NCBI GenBank assembly: GCA_963695545.1
Contig: OY968796.1
Coordinates: forward strand, 3,968,001 to 4,032,000
Source of the DNA: Terriglobia bacterium
GTDB lineage: Bacteria; Acidobacteriota; Terriglobia; Acidiferrales; UBA7541
Direction: 5' to 3'
DNA length: 64,000 nt
Part shown: one piece after another, positions 53,079 to 62,003 of the stretch
How positions within the stretch are numbered: position 1 is the first letter of the stretch
Layout of the letters: each line of letters starts with the position of its first letter
The notes under the pieces: model-generated
What the model was told of the DNA's origin: nothing
Database searches by the model: none
The model's input: the letters and a program-made list of their open reading frames with translations, nothing else
Made by a program: the position numbers and the translations under genes

Positions 53079-53821
53079 CGCGAACCTCCGCGCGGCGATG
53101 CGAACGCCCGCAACCCGCCCTGCGCGGTGCGCACAGCCTGAAACGAATGTTGCCTGAACCCAACGCTGCTTCCGGCAACATGCGATCGGCGTTCCGCGCG
53201 CGCCGCCTCAGCGGCGCACGGCCGCTCGACCAGCGGCGCAAGTATCTCGCGCAGCGCCTGCCGCCCGCGCAGAATTCGCGATTTCACCGTGCCCACGGAA
53301 ACATCCAGCACTTCGGCCACCTCTTCGTAGCTCAACCCTTCAAGATCCCGCAGAATCACCGCGCCGCGAAAAACTTCCGGCACCTGATGCAGCCCGCGCC
53401 GCACCATCGCTTGCGTCTCGGCGCTTTCGGCCAGATCGAGCGGCGATTCGCCCGGATCCTCGATCTCCATCGTCTGCGGACTACCCTCGCAATCGATCTC
53501 GAGCGAAGTCTGCCGCCGATGATGCCGCCACCACCACCGCCGCGCGTTCAGCGCCTCGCGCACCGCGATGCGATACAACCACGTGCGCAGCGAACTCCCG
53601 CGCCGAAAATTTCCCAGTCCGCGAAACGCCTTCAGAAAAACTTCCTGCGTGATGTCGCCGGCTTCGCCCGCATCGCCTACAAGTCCAGCTATCAGCCCGA
53701 ACACCGGGCCGTGATAGTGCGTAACCAGCCAGTCGAACGCCGACTCCGAGCCGCCTTGCAGCTCGGTCACCAGGTCGGCTTCGTCCTGCGGCCACGAAAG
53801 GACGTGCGCCAGGTCCGACAC
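53075..53821 (-). CDS. ECF sigma-70 family RNA polymerase sigma factor
   Basis: DITQEVFLKAFR, LRTWLYRIA, LSYEEVAEVL..SVGTVKSRILRGR. Confidence 0.94.
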   Translation of the reverse strand: MSDLAHVLSWPQDEADLVTELQGGSESAFDWLVTHYHGPVFGLIAGLVGDAGEAGDITQEVFLKAFRGLGNFRRGSSLRTWLYRIAVREALNARRWWWRHHRRQTSLEIDCEGSPQTMEIEDPGESPLDLAESAETQAMVRRGLHQVPEVFRGAVILRDLEGLSYEEVAEVLDVSVGTVKSRILRGRQALREILAPLVERPCAAEAARAERRSHVAGSSVGFRQHSFQAVRTAQGGLRAFASPRGGSR

Positions 53822-53950
53822 GCTTGCCGCCTTCTGCCCGCCGGCGTCGCTAACGGAGCTGCCGATCGCGGGCCTTGCTGAATCCGCCTGATGCCCAGAC
53901 TCAGAAGCGCGGTTTATGGCAGCTACTCGGCTGCCGACTGCTCCTGAACA

Positions 53951-53980
53951 TTAGACACCGGTTCGAGCGAAAATGTTTCC
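53951..53980 (-). promoter_or_regulatory. Candidate ECF-type autoregulatory promoter
   Basis: GGAAAC-16 nt-GTGTCTAA on minus strand upstream of the ECF gene. Confidence 0.45.
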
Positions 53981-54216
53981 CAGCCTGTCGCATTCGCTCG
54001 GCCCATTCTCTCTCCGTCGGCCGCGCAAGATCAATGGTACACAGGGGCCGGTACTGGCTTCGCCCCTGCGCATCGCCAAAATCGTGCTACTCTCGGCCAA
54101 TCCGAGCGCGCCCCAAGGTACCATTCCGCTCTCGGCGCCTTACAGCCCTTTATGTATGGACACACGCAAGCGAAACAGGTAAATAATCCGGCTCAGCAGG
54201 AAAGGAGACTCGAAAT

Positions 54217-54726
54217 ATGAAAAAAGTATTGAGTTTTTCCACGGCCCTCATATTTCTTGCCGCGATGTCGCTCTACGCGCAGCACCACCACGCCGGCAAC
54301 GGTGGCCACGCGCCACCGCCGCCCCCGCGCCGCGAAGCCGCCGCCGCACCTGAGGCCGAACACACGCGCGATGGCCGCATGGACGCGAGCCAGCACGTCA
54401 GCAATAACCACTGGTACGGCCATCCCGCCGCCAACGACACGCGCTTCCATCTCGACCACCCCTTCCCGCACGGCCACTTCAGGGACGTTGGCCCCGGTCA
54501 CCGCTTCGGCGTGACGCGCATTGACGTCAATGCGCACCAATTCTGGTTCGGCGGCGGCTACGGCTTTGAAATCGCCGCGTGGGATTGGGATCTCGCCTCC
54601 GGCTGGTGCTGGACCACCTGCGGCGACGAATTCGTCGTCTACCTCGATCCCGATCATCCAGGCTGGTATCTCCTCTACAACATGGATACCGGCGCCTACG
54701 TGCACGTGCAATATATCGGCGGATAG
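54217..54726 (+). CDS. Hypothetical exported His/Trp-rich protein
   Basis: AGGAG RBS, signal peptide MKKVLS..SLYA, host-like codon usage. Confidence 0.8.
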   Translation: MKKVLSFSTALIFLAAMSLYAQHHHAGNGGHAPPPPPRREAAAAPEAEHTRDGRMDASQHVSNNHWYGHPAANDTRFHLDHPFPHGHFRDVGPGHRFGVTRIDVNAHQFWFGGGYGFEIAAWDWDLASGWCWTTCGDEFVVYLDPDHPGWYLLYNMDTGAYVHVQYIGG

Positions 54727-54945
54727 CTCCACACAACGCAATTGACACCACCGGCCTCGCCGCGTCGTCGCAATCCACGCGCCGCGCGAGGCCGGTTTCG
54801 TTCTTGCGCGTTTCCTTTCGCTGGTTATGATGAATCGCCGCCGCGTCGCGCTATTTGCTCTTACGGCGGAAGGCGGGCCACAACTCGCGTATCCGCTGGA
54901 GCAGCCCGCAAAATGGAAAACCGCGTTCGACTAAAGGAGTCAGCA

Positions 54946-55341
54946 ATGGAAATCAAAAGAGCCGGCTCGCAACCCTCTGCCAAGGCAACCTCCGAATGGT
55001 TCACTGGCGCCGTACGCATCGATCCGCTTTTTCAAGCACCCGACCCCGCGCTGTTTCAAGTTCTCAGCGTAACCTTCGAGCCGGGCGCGCGGAACGCCTG
55101 GCACACCCATCCGCTCGGTCAAACTCTCATCGTCACCGCCGGCTGCGGCTGGGCTCAACGCGAAGGCGGACCGATCGAAGAGATCCGCCCCGGTGATGTG
55201 ATCTGGTTCTCCCCCGGCGAAAAGCATTGGCACGGCGCCACGCCCACCACGGCCATGACGCACATCGCCGTTCAGGAACGCAAGGACGGCCAGATCGTCA
55301 ACTGGATGGAAAAAGTCACCGACGCGCAATACCGCAAATAA
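54946..55341 (+). CDS. Cupin-domain protein
   Basis: [35 protein letters not shown]. Confidence 0.9.
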   Translation: MEIKRAGSQPSAKATSEWFTGAVRIDPLFQAPDPALFQVLSVTFEPGARNAWHTHPLGQTLIVTAGCGWAQREGGPIEEIRPGDVIWFSPGEKHWHGATPTTAMTHIAVQERKDGQIVNWMEKVTDAQYRK

Positions 55342-55360
55342 TTTCGCCGCTTCGGCGCTC

Positions 55361-56065
55361 TTACTTATTCAGAAACCCATCGTCGAATTTAATGCTCGCG
55401 TGCGCCCCGTTGCAAAACGGTTTGTTCTCAGACGCGCCGCATCGGCACAGCGTCACGCGGTTCCGCTTTTCGTATCGTTTCCCGTCGTGCGATTCAACCG
55501 TGATTCCCCCGCGCACCCAGAGCGGCCCACTGCATCCCATCGCCGGATCTTCCACCACCCCAATTGAGGCCGGCAGCGGGTCCTCGATTTCTTCGTCCGT
55601 CTTCTTGTCGTGCAGCACCAGTCGCCCCGATGGACAATGCATCGCCTCGCGAATCACCAGTTCACGCACTTCAGGCTCATCGGTCCGCGCCATCAGCGAC
55701 CAAATCTTCCCTCCCGCATCGCAGAAACGCGCAAACGCGCACAAATTTTCAGCGTCGCTCAGCACCAAAGCCGCCCCATCGATCGTTTCCGCTTGCCGCG
55801 CGTAAGGCTCGCGGCTCGCGGTCTCGCGCCCATCGAATCCGATTTGAGTATGCGAGCCATCGCAGAATGGTTTGCTCTTCGATTGACCGCACCGGCAAAG
55901 CGCGTAGCTGGATTTCCCGTCAAACGCCTTCCCTTCCTTCCACTCCCACGAAAATCCCTCCGCGTTCGCAGTGATCGTCTGAATCGCGATCGGCACTCCT
56001 CCCGAAACCACGTACGGCCCATCCTTGCTCACCACAATCTTTTTCCCCTGCGTCTGCTCCGTCAT
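55361..56065 (-). CDS. CDGSH iron-sulfur protein (two CDGSH domains flanking a ferredoxin-like Cys domain)
   Basis: CRCGQSKSKPFCDGSH, CAFARFC...CPSG, CRCGASENKPFCNGAH. Confidence 0.92.
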   Translation of the reverse strand: MTEQTQGKKIVVSKDGPYVVSGGVPIAIQTITANAEGFSWEWKEGKAFDGKSSYALCRCGQSKSKPFCDGSHTQIGFDGRETASREPYARQAETIDGAALVLSDAENLCAFARFCDAGGKIWSLMARTDEPEVRELVIREAMHCPSGRLVLHDKKTDEEIEDPLPASIGVVEDPAMGCSGPLWVRGGITVESHDGKRYEKRNRVTLCRCGASENKPFCNGAHASIKFDDGFLNK

Positions 56066-56176
56066 CAGCGTCCCTCCGTCACCACTCCCGCGTCTCTTCG
56101 GCCGGTGCCCCGCCTTCCGCGCACCGCAAAAGATCGTACACCTTCACGGCAAAAGCCGCGCCACCCGCCGTAATGC

Positions 56177-56908
56177 TGTCATCCCGAACCCGGTCGCCCG
56201 CCTTCGGCGAACGCCGGTGAGGGATCTGCTTTTGCCGTTTCCGCCCCTAGCCACAATCGCCGCTAACGCCCCGCCGACCGCACACTACAAAACCGTCATT
56301 CTGAGCGAAGAGGCGACTCTTTTCCCGTCGTCCGCGTCCCGCGGACGAGTCGCCTCGCAGTCGAAGAACCCCTCCTCGCCTTGCCTTTTTCCCGCCGTCG
56401 GTTTTGCCTCCCGCCCGTTCCCCCCTCCCGCCCTCCTCCGATCGTTGTCATCCCGAACCCGGTCGCCCGCCTTCGGCGAACGACGGTGAGGGATCTGCTT
56501 TTTGCTTTTCCCGCCGCTAACGCCCCATCGCTCTCTCTCCCGTTGGTCATCCCGAGCGAGTCCGCCGTGGCGGACGACGAGGGACCTCTCAGCCGCACTT
56601 CTCCTAACGTTGTCATCCCGAACCCGGTCGCCCACCTTCGGCGAACGCCGGTGAGGGATCTGCTTTTGCTTTTCCCGCCGCTAACGCCCCATCGCTCTCT
56701 CTCCCGTTGGTCATCCCGAGCGAGTCCGCCGTGGCGGACGACGAGGGACCTCTCAGCCGCACTTCTCCTAACGTTGTCATCCCGAACCCGGTCGCCCGCC
56801 TTCGGCGAACGCCGGTGAGGGATCTGCTTTTGCTTTTCCCGCCGCTAACGCCCCATCGCCCCAATATCCCACTGGTCATCCCGAGGAGTCCTCGACGAGG
56901 GATCTCTC
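56177..56908. repeat. Array of GTCAT(C/T)C..GA-headed palindromic (REP-like) repeats including a ~164-bp tandem unit
   Basis: Type A at 56178, 56447, 56612, 56776; type B at 56546, 56710, short form 56875; type C at 56295; A-to-A spacing 165 and 164. Confidence 0.92.
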
Positions 56909-56942
56909 TTTCATCCTCTTAATTTACTCACGATCTGATTTA

Positions 56943-56989
56943 AGCCCCGTAGGGGCAGCACATTTTAGCCCAGGGCGTAAGCCCTGGGT
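56943..56989. repeat. Double-hairpin palindromic element
   Basis: GCCCC-gta-GGGGC followed by CCCAGGGC-gtaa-GCCCTGGG. Confidence 0.7.
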
Positions 56990-57209
56990 AACGTAACGAA
57001 CAAACTCGTCGCAGCACCGCTCTGCCGAAGGCCGTCGCGAAGGTCGAAGACCGTAGCGACATTCTGGAGGGTGGCCGGCCCGCCCTGCGCATCCCGCAAG
57101 GGACGGGTCAACTCGCGTCATAGGCTGCGCTATCCGCCCATAACTTGACCGAATTGAATTGCCGGAGGTTCATTGCATCGAGACGTAAGTTATGAGATAT
57201 CATCTCAGG

Positions 57210-57740
57210 ATGACTGAAGCGGACTTTGATTTCTCACATATCGATCCGATCACCTTGCAGCGGACGGTCGTTCAACTGAAAAGCACTTCAGCACCTACCG
57301 CTGAACGTATCGCTCGGTACTTACAGTCGTTTAGTGCCGGCGAAAAGACTCTCCCGCCCATCATCTTTCTCGGGTTGATTGCACGTGATGCGAAACTTGT
57401 ACGCGAGATCCCACTGGACTCGGCAATCGAAAAACGAACTCTCGGCTCGAAGCGTGTCGCCGGACCGTTGAGATGGGGCCTCGAGCTTATTCGGGACATC
57501 TTGGTGGAACTTCGGAAAATCATTTGCGGTCCCAGAAAGACGCCCTCCAAATTGGGGCCCATTTCCGAAGTCTCGATAGGAGCGATCGCGGCGTACATCG
57601 CCAAGCGGTTTCACATGGAGTCGGCCACCGCGCACGGTATTGCGCTGGTGATCCTCCTAAACCTGGGCCGAGCCGCAAAGAATGCGTTCTGTAAAAAGAC
57701 GGACGCCGAAATTCTTGCTGCCCTTGCTGAAACTGGATGA
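57210..57740 (+). CDS. Hypothetical protein (lower-GC islet)
   Basis: Open frame with AGGA before ATG 57210 (alternative ATG 57192); no recognised motif. Confidence 0.6.
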   Translation: MTEADFDFSHIDPITLQRTVVQLKSTSAPTAERIARYLQSFSAGEKTLPPIIFLGLIARDAKLVREIPLDSAIEKRTLGSKRVAGPLRWGLELIRDILVELRKIICGPRKTPSKLGPISEVSIGAIAAYIAKRFHMESATAHGIALVILLNLGRAAKNAFCKKTDAEILAALAETG

Positions 57741-57847
57741 CCCCAAAGCTTGGCGCGCGGTGAATGGCCTACGCTTTGCTGCCGGAAAAGATCGGCCCCC
57801 ACGTCAGACGCGGCGCAATCCGCGACACAGGGGACGGAACCGGCAGG

Positions 57848-58579
57848 CTAGTTTTCATCATTATAGGCCCCGCAATAAGCCCAGATGACCACTCCTCCGG
57901 GCTCCGGGGGCTGAAGTACCCCGCAATAATGACGAACGTGGGTGCCCGAATCATCGCGATACGTAAGTTCCACCGCCACGTAAACCACCCGCCGGCCGTA
58001 AACGAAATTGTCGTAATCCTCCGGAGAAACGATCGGTCCGTGTGCGGTCACCCATTCCTTGTCACCATTCGCCAACGTGACACTGCCCGCCGGGGGCTCG
58101 GACACTTTCATTTTCTCGAATCGATCCAACGCGTCATTCTCGCTCGTGGGTGACATATCCGGTTCAATGAATGCAGCCTTGCGATACGCAACATTCGCGG
58201 CCACGCCAGGACCGACGTTCCCATACACGACGTTAAAAGACAGCGGGTCATTTATTTGCAAGAAGTCCGCTCGATGATCCCCATTCCCAGACACCCAGGA
58301 AGAGGCTGAACCCAGGCTTCCATAAACCGGAAAAGTTCCGAAAGTAAAGTGAGCGTGCTCCCGAGGCGTTCGATAGGCCATCGTCACTACCAAAATTACC
58401 CCAAGCAGTCCCGCTAAAATGAACGCGATATCGTACAGCACCATTTTTCGTACTTTATTTTTATCGTCCGAAGCAATCGGGTGCATGGTCATGCGCCACC
58501 CCAAGTAGCTGCCAATGAATTGGCAAACACTTGCGCCCGCGGCTATAACGATGGTCCAGTTGATAATCGGCCAACCCAT
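57848..58579 (-). CDS. Hypothetical two-TM membrane protein (lower-GC islet)
   Basis: GGAGG RBS, two hydrophobic segments, beta-rich C-terminal domain with Cys pair. Confidence 0.7.
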   Translation of the reverse strand: MGWPIINWTIVIAAGASVCQFIGSYLGWRMTMHPIASDDKNKVRKMVLYDIAFILAGLLGVILVVTMAYRTPREHAHFTFGTFPVYGSLGSASSWVSGNGDHRADFLQINDPLSFNVVYGNVGPGVAANVAYRKAAFIEPDMSPTSENDALDRFEKMKVSEPPAGSVTLANGDKEWVTAHGPIVSPEDYDNFVYGRRVVYVAVELTYRDDSGTHVRHYCGVLQPPEPGGVVIWAYCGAYNDEN

Positions 58580-58712
58580 AAAATGTACCTCCGCCTGACC
58601 CGCCCCGAATTCTAGTCCAAAAAAGGATGGGATGTCGGACGACGCAGGGCCGCGTGTGGCCCATCCTTTACGGCGGAAACGGCGAGCCTAGCCCATTCCA
58701 TTCGAATTGACT

Positions 58713-59252
58713 TTTCGAATAGCTCATAAATATCTGTTGACAGTGTAGTATTATCCGTGCTAACCTTCCGTGTGACCTCGAAACGCACACCTTCGTCGCT
58801 GAATCTGCGGGCAACGTGCCCCGCTCGCCGGCGCAATCTGTCCCCGCCCGCGCCGATCCCGTCCGCCGAACGTCGGTGGCCAGCGCGTTCCGCGAGTCCC
58901 GATCCAGTCGAGACGAGTGCTCCGCCCGAGTCCCGACGAGTCGGGGACAACTTTCCGTCCGTAGGGCGCGGAGCCCGCCTGTCGCCTGCCTGCCGGCAGG
59001 CAGGGCAGGCGCGGTTGTCTCCGTCCGTCCTGCTCGGCCCACCAAATATCCTCGACACCTCTCACTCGATGTGCACCCTTATGTCAAAAATCGCCCCTCC
59101 AAGTTATTTATTTTCAATCGATTGCAAAAGAGTGCGCATCTCATTGAAAAAAATGGCTTTCAAGCTGCTGTATTTTCACACTCATCCGCACTCTTTCGCT
59201 GCAAGTCCTTTGCTTGCCATACTTACGCAAAACATACCGGGGGTGTATATAC
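58713..59252 (+). repeat. Copy 2 of dispersed promoter-plus-structured-core intergenic element
   Basis: TTTCGAATA..TAAATA..TTGACA (58737) / TG-n-TAACCT (58761); core 59101-59252 matches reverse complement of 14878-15030. Confidence 0.85.
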
Positions 59253-59660
59253 GCATCCCCTGTTCCGAGCCTCCTCGGCGCGCCCGCACCGCGCATGGCC
59301 GCCACATTTTACCTCCGGGATCACGTCGTGGACGCATGGCGTCGACCGCAGAAGCCAGCGCCACGAGCGGTTCTGTAGCGCAAGCCGGAGCCTGTCCCGA
59401 CTCAGTCGAGAGGCTGGCAGCACTTGTTCGTGCCATGCACAACCGCGGCGCGATACCGCTCAACCGCGCGAAACCCTCAGGCATGAGAGCCGTCACCACG
59501 ATGCGTCGCAGCACATGTCAAATGGAGCACGCTGGTACCGAAGTACCATGGCCGCTAAACCTCACTGCGCCAAAAATGAACTTGTCTACGCTCTTGCCCC
59601 GCTTGGCAGCGGATGTTTCAACCGAACCCTTTGCGCTCGTCGCAGGAGACGCAACCGATC

Positions 59661-61631
59661 ATGAGTTCGCGAACCGCCGATCTTCACACTACGCCGCCGT
59701 CCCCCGCCGGCAATGCGCCTGGCTTCTCGCGCCCCAATCCGGTCTGCACCGAAATCGGCGTCTCTGTGCAAGGATCGGCTCACACCGCGGCCGGTGGCCA
59801 GGCCTCTCAACCATTTCTCGAGCAAACTTCCACCGTAATCGTCTTCGAGCAAGGCGCCGTCGTGCGCCTCTCCGAGAGCGTCACGCCCGGCCAGATTCTG
59901 ATCGTCAGGCATTTGCGCACCAACGACGAAGCCGCGTGCCGCGTCGTCAGCGTCAAGACCAATCCCAACGTGAAGGGCTACGTCGAACTCGAATTCCTGC
60001 AGCCCTCTCCCAACTTCTGGGAAATGCAGTTCCCCGCCGCGAGCGGCACGAAGACTCCCAGCGTCGGCGTCGCGCGCCCCGTGCCTCTTGCGACTCCGAA
60101 CCGCAGGGAGACCGACGCGACCCCGCACCGCGCGGAGCACGTTGCTTCAGAGCTCCCGAAAATCGCCGTCCCCAAGCCCGCTTCGCCTGCGCCCGCGCCG
60201 CGTTACACGCCGCCTCCTTCGGAAGAAGGCACGGGAGTAACCGGCCCAGGCCTCACGTTCCTTCCCGATTTGCTCGATTCGCTGGGCCTGCCTGCGGATG
60301 CCAAGCCGCGCGCCCCCGAATCCGCCACGCGGCCGGAAACTCCGCGATCCGCTTCACAAAAAGAAACTGCGCCCGCGAAGCCGTTTGTCGCGCCCTGGGC
60401 TGCCGCTCCTGCCGCGCCCAAGTCGGATGTCGCGAAGGGCGTTCCTCAGTCCGCGGACGGACGGTACGTTTCCGATCTGCTCGATACGCTCACTCCGATC
60501 GGCGAAACGATTTTGCGCGAGAAGCCCAAGAGCGCCGTGTCTCTGTCTCAGCCTCAGATCGCGCCACACGCTCCCGGAATTGCGAAGCCTTCATTCCCGC
60601 CGCCCTCACCGGTGAAGTCCTCCGCGGTCAGCTATGTCGAACCCACAGTGACGGAAAGTGTTCTCTCGCCGACGGCGCATCCCGCGCACGTCGCAACGCA
60701 CTCGAATCTTTCGGTCAATTCGGCGACCATCGCGTCGGAAGTTGCGCCGCTGCTGAATTCCGGCGGCGACGTGGCTTCGCGCGGTCAATTGCTGGGCGGA
60801 GATTTGGATCTCGCGGCGGCGAAGCCGGGCTTCCCGGCGTCCATGCGCGTTCTCGCCATTGCCGCGGCCGTCGCTCTCTTGCTGGCTGCCGGAGTTGGCG
60901 TGTATCGCTGGGGGAAGAAGTCCGGACCCGGCGCAAATCTCGCGGCTTCAAGCCAGCCGGCATCAAGCGCCGCGGCCAATGGTCCTGTCTCACCCGCGCC
61001 ATCGCCCGTTGCAGAAATCTCCACTCCCTCGGTGATCGTCTCCGCCACGCCCGAAGCGCCGGCCGCTGCGAACGATTCGCGCGCCGCCGCTCAACCGAGC
61101 ACGCATCCGGCCTCGGCCTCGGCTCCAGCATCGGCTAGCGCTCCCGCAATCGCGCACGCCGCGCCTCCGCCACCGGCTCCGCGCGGCCCCGCCGTCGCCG
61201 GCACGAAAATGTCGGCTCCGACAGTGGAGACGCACGCAACCGATCAAGCCGCGCCCTCGATCGCCGCCGACGTGCCGAACACCGTCCAGAACGCATCCGC
61301 CGCCGGCATTCTTGGCGAATCTCAATCGAGCGGCCCGGCAGCGCCCCCGCCGGCTCGAGTCTCTTCCGGCGCGCAAGAGCCGCGCCTGCTCTCGTCCAAC
61401 GCGCCAATTTATCCGTACGCCGCTAAGGCCGAGCGCGTGCAAGGCGACGTCTCCGTCGACGTTCTGGTCAACGAGCTCGGCCAAGTCGCCGGCATGACAG
61501 TTCTATCGGGCCCGCCCCTGCTCCGCCCGGCTGCCCTCGATGCGCTCCGCCATCGCAAGTACGCCCCCGCCATGCTCGACGGCAAGCCGACCACCGCCCA
61601 CATCGTGGTGGTCATTCACTTCCAGCTGTAG
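59661..61631 (+). CDS. TonB-family protein with N-terminal PilZ-like domain
   Basis: AGGAG RBS; beta-rich N-domain ending VELEF..P.PNFW, Pro-rich linker, TM, C-terminal P.YP..A....VQGDV.V.V.V...G.V TonB-C domain. Confidence 0.85.
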   Translation: MSSRTADLHTTPPSPAGNAPGFSRPNPVCTEIGVSVQGSAHTAAGGQASQPFLEQTSTVIVFEQGAVVRLSESVTPGQILIVRHLRTNDEAACRVVSVKTNPNVKGYVELEFLQPSPNFWEMQFPAASGTKTPSVGVARPVPLATPNRRETDATPHRAEHVASELPKIAVPKPASPAPAPRYTPPPSEEGTGVTGPGLTFLPDLLDSLGLPADAKPRAPESATRPETPRSASQKETAPAKPFVAPWAAAPAAPKSDVAKGVPQSADGRYVSDLLDTLTPIGETILREKPKSAVSLSQPQIAPHAPGIAKPSFPPPSPVKSSAVSYVEPTVTESVLSPTAHPAHVATHSNLSVNSATIASEVAPLLNSGGDVASRGQLLGGDLDLAAAKPGFPASMRVLAIAAAVALLLAAGVGVYRWGKKSGPGANLAASSQPASSAAANGPVSPAPSPVAEISTPSVIVSATPEAPAAANDSRAAAQPSTHPASASAPASASAPAIAHAAPPPPAPRGPAVAGTKMSAPTVETHATDQAAPSIAADVPNTVQNASAAGILGESQSSGPAAPPPARVSSGAQEPRLLSSNAPIYPYAAKAERVQGDVSVDVLVNELGQVAGMTVLSGPPLLRPAALDALRHRKYAPAMLDGKPTTAHIVVVIHFQL

Positions 61632-61717
61632 ACGTGAAGGGATGTAGCCGGGAAATCAGCGGATATCGTGAGCGAAGCCGGAAGAGTTACAATTCAGTAA
61701 TTCAATAATTGAGTAAA

Positions 61718-61793
61718 TGGTGGAGCCGGGGGGATTCGAACCCCCGACCTCCTCGATGCCATCGAGGCGCGCTCCCAACTGCGCCACGGCCCC
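61718..61793 (-). tRNA. tRNA-Ala (anticodon GGC)
   Basis: GGGGCCGTGGCGCAGTTGGGAGCGCGCCTCGATGGCATCGAGGAGGTCGGGGGTTCGAATCCCCCCGGCTCCACCA; G3-U70 pair, encoded CCA. Confidence 0.97.
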
Positions 61794-61813
61794 ACCGCGC
61801 GGAACGTCGAAAA

Positions 61814-61842
61814 ACTCTAACACCCCGTCACCACACGGTCAA
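61814..61842 (-). promoter_or_regulatory. Probable promoter of tRNA-Ala
   Basis: TTGACC, 17 nt, TG-n-TAGAGT. Confidence 0.6.
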
Positions 61843-62003
61843 ACCACCCGCTCGAACGGAACGAACGCTCGCTAGAGTCGAAAAAGCGCACAAGTTATGT
61901 TGGCGCGCGAGTCGAACGAGCACACGAATCGAACGAACATGCGAGTCGAACGAGAACTCGAACTGAGCGAGCGCGCGAGTCGAGCCTGCGCACGCAAATC
62001 GCG

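Noticed and set aside
56444..56858. CRISPR array
   Set aside because: Sequences between repeats are themselves identical, units are too long, and no cas genes are present
56285..57121. Small ORFs across the repeat array
   Set aside because: Translations simply mirror the DNA repeats; frames shift between units and there is no RBS support
58757..61138. 793-aa ORF as a full protein
   Set aside because: Most of it overlaps the TonB gene out of frame with low-complexity Arg/Ala content; only its 5' part is discussed as a possible leader
54200..61793. tRNA-Ala-anchored genomic island
   Set aside because: No integrase and no duplicated tRNA 3' end found by eye
61851..61965. LexA box of GTTC-N7-GTTC type
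   Set aside because: The GAAC spacings checked do not give the required 11-bp period
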